DNA of 64,000 nt, from NCBI GenBank assembly GCA_017409025.1, contig JAFQTN010000005.1:12650-76649 (forward strand). The letters are read 5' to 3'. Source of the stretch: Bacilli bacterium (GTDB taxonomy: Bacteria; Bacillota_I; Bacilli_A; RF39; UBA660). Under the pieces are notes generated by a model, which was not told the origin of the DNA, did not search any database, and was given only the letters and a program-made list of their open reading frames with translations. Both the position numbers and the translations under genes were made by a program. Positions 59,993 through 64,000 of the stretch are shown here, piece by piece (position 1 is the stretch's first letter; every line of letters starts with the position of its first letter).

Positions 59993-60787
59993 ATGAAACA
60001 AAAGAAAAAACATCCAATAAAAGATTTTTATATCGGAGAAATTTATCTATATCAACAGTTTGCAAATTTGTTGTCAATAGAAACAGATGTAAAAAATAAT
60101 AATAGTATTAAACAAAATTTTCCACTATCTGGTGCCATAGATTTTCAAAGAGATTTAATAAGTAGATATATAGATTGGGAAAATAGAAGAACATATGAAG
60201 GCTTTTTAACTATATTCTATAAACAAGGAGATAAATATATTTGCTTGCATAATGGAGTTACTTATGAGTTGGGTACACCAATTATTATTGAAAATTTAAT
60301 ACCACTAACTGAATTATTACCACAAATAAATACAAATGCAATAACTGAAATTAGTTTAGCGCAAGCCTTAGATTTATTTGATACACTATTTAAAGAAGAT
60401 GAATCAATATTGTATAGTGAAAAAGAAGAATTAACTTCAGATTTCTACGTTGGAGATATAGTTCTAAAAGAAAGAACTCTTCCAGAAGATATGGATATGA
60501 GGGTAGAATATTTTAATTTACCATTACACTTAATGCTAAGTAAAAATAACTTAGAAATTTATAGTTTTGGAGAAAATAACACAGATAATACAGTATATAG
60601 ATGCCTATTCTTAAGAGATGGAGTAGACTTATATAATATAAATAACAATGGTTTCTATAACCCAAATGAAGATAATTTTGATAGTATAATCCCATTTAGA
60701 GACTATTTACAAGAATTTAAAATACCAACTCCTAAAGATAGAATGTCAATCCCTAAAGCACTTACATTATTTAAAAAGACAATATAA
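59993..60787 (+). CDS. Hypothetical protein
   Basis: Long ORF with an AGGTGA RBS. No family recognised. Confidence 0.5.
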   Translation: MKQKKKHPIKDFYIGEIYLYQQFANLLSIETDVKNNNSIKQNFPLSGAIDFQRDLISRYIDWENRRTYEGFLTIFYKQGDKYICLHNGVTYELGTPIIIENLIPLTELLPQINTNAITEISLAQALDLFDTLFKEDESILYSEKEELTSDFYVGDIVLKERTLPEDMDMRVEYFNLPLHLMLSKNNLEIYSFGENNTDNTVYRCLFLRDGVDLYNINNNGFYNPNEDNFDSIIPFRDYLQEFKIPTPKDRMSIPKALTLFKKTI

Positions 60788-60884
60788 AGACTTGATACAA
60801 TCAGAGATTGTAAAAAAAGTCTTTTTTTTATTGTAAATTTATGCTATACTTTAAATAGTAGACTACTAGGCAAAGGAGGTAACA

Positions 60885-61544
60885 ATGAAAAATATAAAAT
60901 ATAGTTTTTTAACATTAATGTTATTCCTAATATGTATAACTAATACCTATGCTGCCTGTACTGAAGAAGCAAAAAAAGAATTCAAAAAAATAGAAGATCA
61001 ATATACAGTAAAATACAAGTACGACAAAACTACTAAAAGCTATGAAGTAACATTTGGGTATACAAAATCAAATATGTATGGATATGAAACAGATGAAAGT
61101 TTATCTGATATGGAGTATATAAAAAGTGATGAAAAGGGTTTTACTGCAAGAATAAAAAAACCTGGTGAATATAAAATAAATGTTGTAGGTGTTACCCAAG
61201 AATGTAATGATACATTAAAAACAATTACATTAAAACTACCGGAATACAACAAATATGCAGATGACCCCTTATGTGAGGGTATTGAAGAATTTGTTCTTTG
61301 TCAACCGACATATGATAAGGAGATTGATTATGAAACATTTGTGTCTAGAGTAAATACATACAAAAAGACAAAAAAACCAAATGAAAAACAAGAAGAGGAA
61401 CAAATTGAAGAAAAATTAAACATGTTTCAATATATAAAAGATAATTTAGGACAAATTATAATAATATCATCGTTTGCAATATTATTAACCATTACTATTG
61501 TTATAACAGCCAAATCTATAAAAGAGAGTAGGCGATTAGAATGA
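60885..61544 (+). CDS. Hypothetical secreted protein with C-terminal TM anchor
   Basis: Signal peptide ending TNTYA/AC and Cys pairs, with a C-terminal TM segment. AAAGGAGG RBS. The stop overlaps the next start (ATGA). Confidence 0.55.
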   Translation: MKNIKYSFLTLMLFLICITNTYAACTEEAKKEFKKIEDQYTVKYKYDKTTKSYEVTFGYTKSNMYGYETDESLSDMEYIKSDEKGFTARIKKPGEYKINVVGVTQECNDTLKTITLKLPEYNKYADDPLCEGIEEFVLCQPTYDKEIDYETFVSRVNTYKKTKKPNEKQEEEQIEEKLNMFQYIKDNLGQIIIISSFAILLTITIVITAKSIKESRRLE

Positions 61545-63400
61545 AAAGAAAAATAACATTATTTATATTTGTAATTATCTTATTAATGAGTAATCTAGAA
61601 AAATATGAAGCCAAAACAATGCAATTTAATAGTATAAGCAATTCTTCTGGCGGAGGTGGTAACCAATCGGGAAATCCGGACGATTGTACACCTCAAAATA
61701 ACTGTGATGGAGGAAGCGTAACAGAAGGAGATACAGAATATAGTTATGAATATACTAAAATAATAGAAACGCAAACAAAGATTTCTGTGGACGTTTATGA
61801 TATGGAAGGCAATTCATTGATACCAGAAAAAAGAGATCAGACTACAGAGCATTTTTTTAAAGCAGGAACTTGGATAGGAATAAATACAACAGAAATTCAT
61901 TCTGCCGACTGGTCTGTATCAAATTTTAAATTCTATTTACCATATAAAAAATATACATGTCATTATAAAAAAACTACTAAAGAACAAAGAATGCGTGTTA
62001 CTACGACTAATACAGGAACTGAATGCGACAAAATAGTAGCAAATGATAAAGGCACTATCTTAAATAAAATTGAAGGCGCTAATGGATGGGTTTGTCAATA
62101 TACAATTACTAAATCTAGTACATCAAGTACAACTAAAAATATTGTTATAAAACCTAGCGCGAACGTTGATACAGAGTGCAAAAACAACAGACCTAACGGA
62201 TATAGCAAAGGAGACTATAAAGACGCTACACCTAAAGGTGTTGATAATACACAAAGAGAAGAAGTTACTGATAAGGTGAGCGATACAATAAAAGATAAAG
62301 CAAAAAATGAAGCAAGAGAAAAAACATATGGCGAGGCAAAAGGAAAAGTAAGTTATTCTAATGCAGCTGTAACCTATATTACAACTAACAGATATCCACT
62401 AGAAGTAGGAACGGATACGAAAACAATAGATTATTCTGCAGCAAACAATTATACTTTGGATACATATAAAGAATCAGGTAGAGATAGTGGTGCTACAAGC
62501 GGTAAATTACGACGAGAATATGAAATTTTAGAGAAAAATGTCTGCATGAACATGAAAACCTCGGAAGTGTTTTATGGCAGAGAATGTAAAGAATCAGAGG
62601 GCGAAATTAAAATAGAAAATGGCACTGTCAATGTACGTGATGAAAACAAAGAAAAAGAAGTTAATTATTGGCATTACTTTATTCCATTAAACATTAAAAG
62701 TAACAGTGCTCCGCATCCAAAAGGAAATACCAAAGAATATACAGAAGAATTTGAAAATGAAATAAATAGAAATCAAGTATTCTATCTTTCGATAGTAAAA
62801 AATGAAAACAAAGAATATTCATTTGACACATGCAAAGACTATATGACAAATGAAAATCCTGAATATTATCATTATGAGATAATAGCTAAAGGTGAAACTG
62901 GTGACATACCTTTTACTGGAAATTATTATAATGATTTATTAATTTTGGAACAAGCAGGATCATGTAATTCTTATGTTCAACTATATTTCCCGATATCTCA
63001 AGAGTTTTATAAAGAAGTAACAAAAGAAGATTCTACTATTAGTTTAAAAGGATTTAACTTCTATTATAGACCAATAGATATAAATGACCCATTTCCAAAT
63101 GGAATAGGAGCAAGTAGCTTATGGAATTTATGGAGTAAAAATACTGAAAAAAATCCAGACATCTCTAAATCATTTACTACAATTACATATCAAACAGAAA
63201 AAATAAATGCTGATAAAATAAGAGAGTATACGAAAGAAAATCCGTATACAAGTTGGACCAATATGAACTTAGATGGCACTAGTAGTTATATAGGTAGTGG
63301 TAACAATTTTATTATACAAAGAAAAACTAGTGGAAATATATATAAACTAGGATGTGGACCTGCTAATAAAAATAAATTTCATTGTGGAGGTTCATCATGA
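61541..63400 (+). CDS. Hypothetical large secreted protein (619 aa)
   Basis: Signal peptide and a G/N/S-rich linker. Translationally coupled on both sides. No family recognised. Confidence 0.55.
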   Translation: MKRKITLFIFVIILLMSNLEKYEAKTMQFNSISNSSGGGGNQSGNPDDCTPQNNCDGGSVTEGDTEYSYEYTKIIETQTKISVDVYDMEGNSLIPEKRDQTTEHFFKAGTWIGINTTEIHSADWSVSNFKFYLPYKKYTCHYKKTTKEQRMRVTTTNTGTECDKIVANDKGTILNKIEGANGWVCQYTITKSSTSSTTKNIVIKPSANVDTECKNNRPNGYSKGDYKDATPKGVDNTQREEVTDKVSDTIKDKAKNEAREKTYGEAKGKVSYSNAAVTYITTNRYPLEVGTDTKTIDYSAANNYTLDTYKESGRDSGATSGKLRREYEILEKNVCMNMKTSEVFYGRECKESEGEIKIENGTVNVRDENKEKEVNYWHYFIPLNIKSNSAPHPKGNTKEYTEEFENEINRNQVFYLSIVKNENKEYSFDTCKDYMTNENPEYYHYEIIAKGETGDIPFTGNYYNDLLILEQAGSCNSYVQLYFPISQEFYKEVTKEDSTISLKGFNFYYRPIDINDPFPNGIGASSLWNLWSKNTEKNPDISKSFTTITYQTEKINADKIREYTKENPYTSWTNMNLDGTSSYIGSGNNFIIQRKTSGNIYKLGCGPANKNKFHCGGSS

Positions 63401-63822
63401 AATGGTCGTTCGCATCCCTAGGATTAATTATGATAGGATTATTCGGATTCTTAATTATAATCCTATTTAATGAAATTACCGTAAGTAATGAACAAGATTA
63501 TTATACATTAAAAGATGCAGCAGAAGCTGCAATGATTGAATCTGTAGATGTAGCATATTATAGACTCACTGGAGAAATAAAAATGAGTCAAGAGAAATTT
63601 GTTGAAAATTTCACAAGAAGATTCACAGAAACTTCTACATTTGGACAAGGAAATTATGAAATTGTTTTCTATCAAATAAGTGAAACACCACCAAAAGTAA
63701 GTTTAAGAATCGTAGATTCAACAAATTCATACAATATATACAATACATTTAGTGTTGACTTAGATGCAACACAAATTAATATAGTAAATGAATTATCAGC
63801 AATATTAGATGTATATGAGTAA
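63397..63822 (+). CDS. Small N-terminally anchored protein, possibly TadE/pseudopilin-like
   Basis: A single N-terminal hydrophobic helix followed by a soluble domain. GGAGG RBS, ATGA overlap, and position directly upstream of the CpaB-like ORF. Confidence 0.35.
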   Translation: MKWSFASLGLIMIGLFGFLIIILFNEITVSNEQDYYTLKDAAEAAMIESVDVAYYRLTGEIKMSQEKFVENFTRRFTETSTFGQGNYEIVFYQISETPPKVSLRIVDSTNSYNIYNTFSVDLDATQINIVNELSAILDVYE

Positions 63823-63842
63823 AAAGAAAGGAAGGAAAAAAT

Positions 63843-64000
63843 ATGGGTAAATCATTTAGCAAGTTCTTAAAAAATAAGAACACAGTAACAATTTTAGGAG
63901 TAATAGTTTGTCTAGTAATTTTATATGCAGGATATACAATGAGAATTAATACTAAAACAGCTTTAGTAGATGTATATTATGCTAATCAAACTATTCAACC
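63843..64000 (+). CDS. Partial ORF, CpaB/RcpC-like (Flp pilus assembly) N-terminus
   Basis: MGKSF..KNKNTVTILGVIVCLVILYAG, then ALVDVYYANQTIQP resembling the start of a SAF domain. Truncated by the window edge. Confidence 0.35.
   Translation, partial: MGKSFSKFLKNKNTVTILGVIVCLVILYAGYTMRINTKTALVDVYYANQTIQ

Overview
A 64-kb chromosomal window from a very AT-rich, endospore-forming Firmicute. The lineage (Clostridia-like or Erysipelotrichia-like) cannot be resolved by eye. Most of it is conserved housekeeping and sporulation backbone: der, rpsF-ssb-rpsR, rplI-dnaB, murA, rpmE, rpiB, spoIID/spoIIQ-like/spoIIID/mbl, pcrA, tex, dxs, dinB, prfA-prmC, spoIIR, mntP, murF, a T-box-controlled valS, ddl, cwlD. 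Two tRNA genes are present, Gly-UCC on the minus strand and His-GUG on the plus strand, and both mark the accessory DNA. (1) The most unusual region is 27.8-31.8 kb, beside tRNA-Gly. It holds an orphan nuclease-like ORF, several tRNA-derived fragments, and two tandem ~1.5-kb mosaic modules. Each module has a conserved promoter and membrane anchor, an unrelated ectodomain, and a near-identical 124-aa ORF. Each is preceded by CxACAA-type hexamers spaced on an 11-bp lattice. I recognise no family for these proteins. (2) A ~3-kb insert lies after tRNA-His, bounded by a 46-nt direct repeat. It carries an acyltransferase and a hybrid sensor kinase whose phospho-accepting His is Gln. A decayed second tRNA-His locus sits at its far end. 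Other notable items: a GC-rich collagen-like gene with 8.7 copies of a 54-bp repeat in a spore-coat neighbourhood; a second MurF paralog with a polytopic membrane N-terminus in an operon with ddl; and an operon of unknown secreted proteins running into a CpaB-like ORF at the window edge. No CRISPR array, rRNA, transposase or integrase was seen. All family calls rest on motifs read by eye and recalled from memory; no searches were run.
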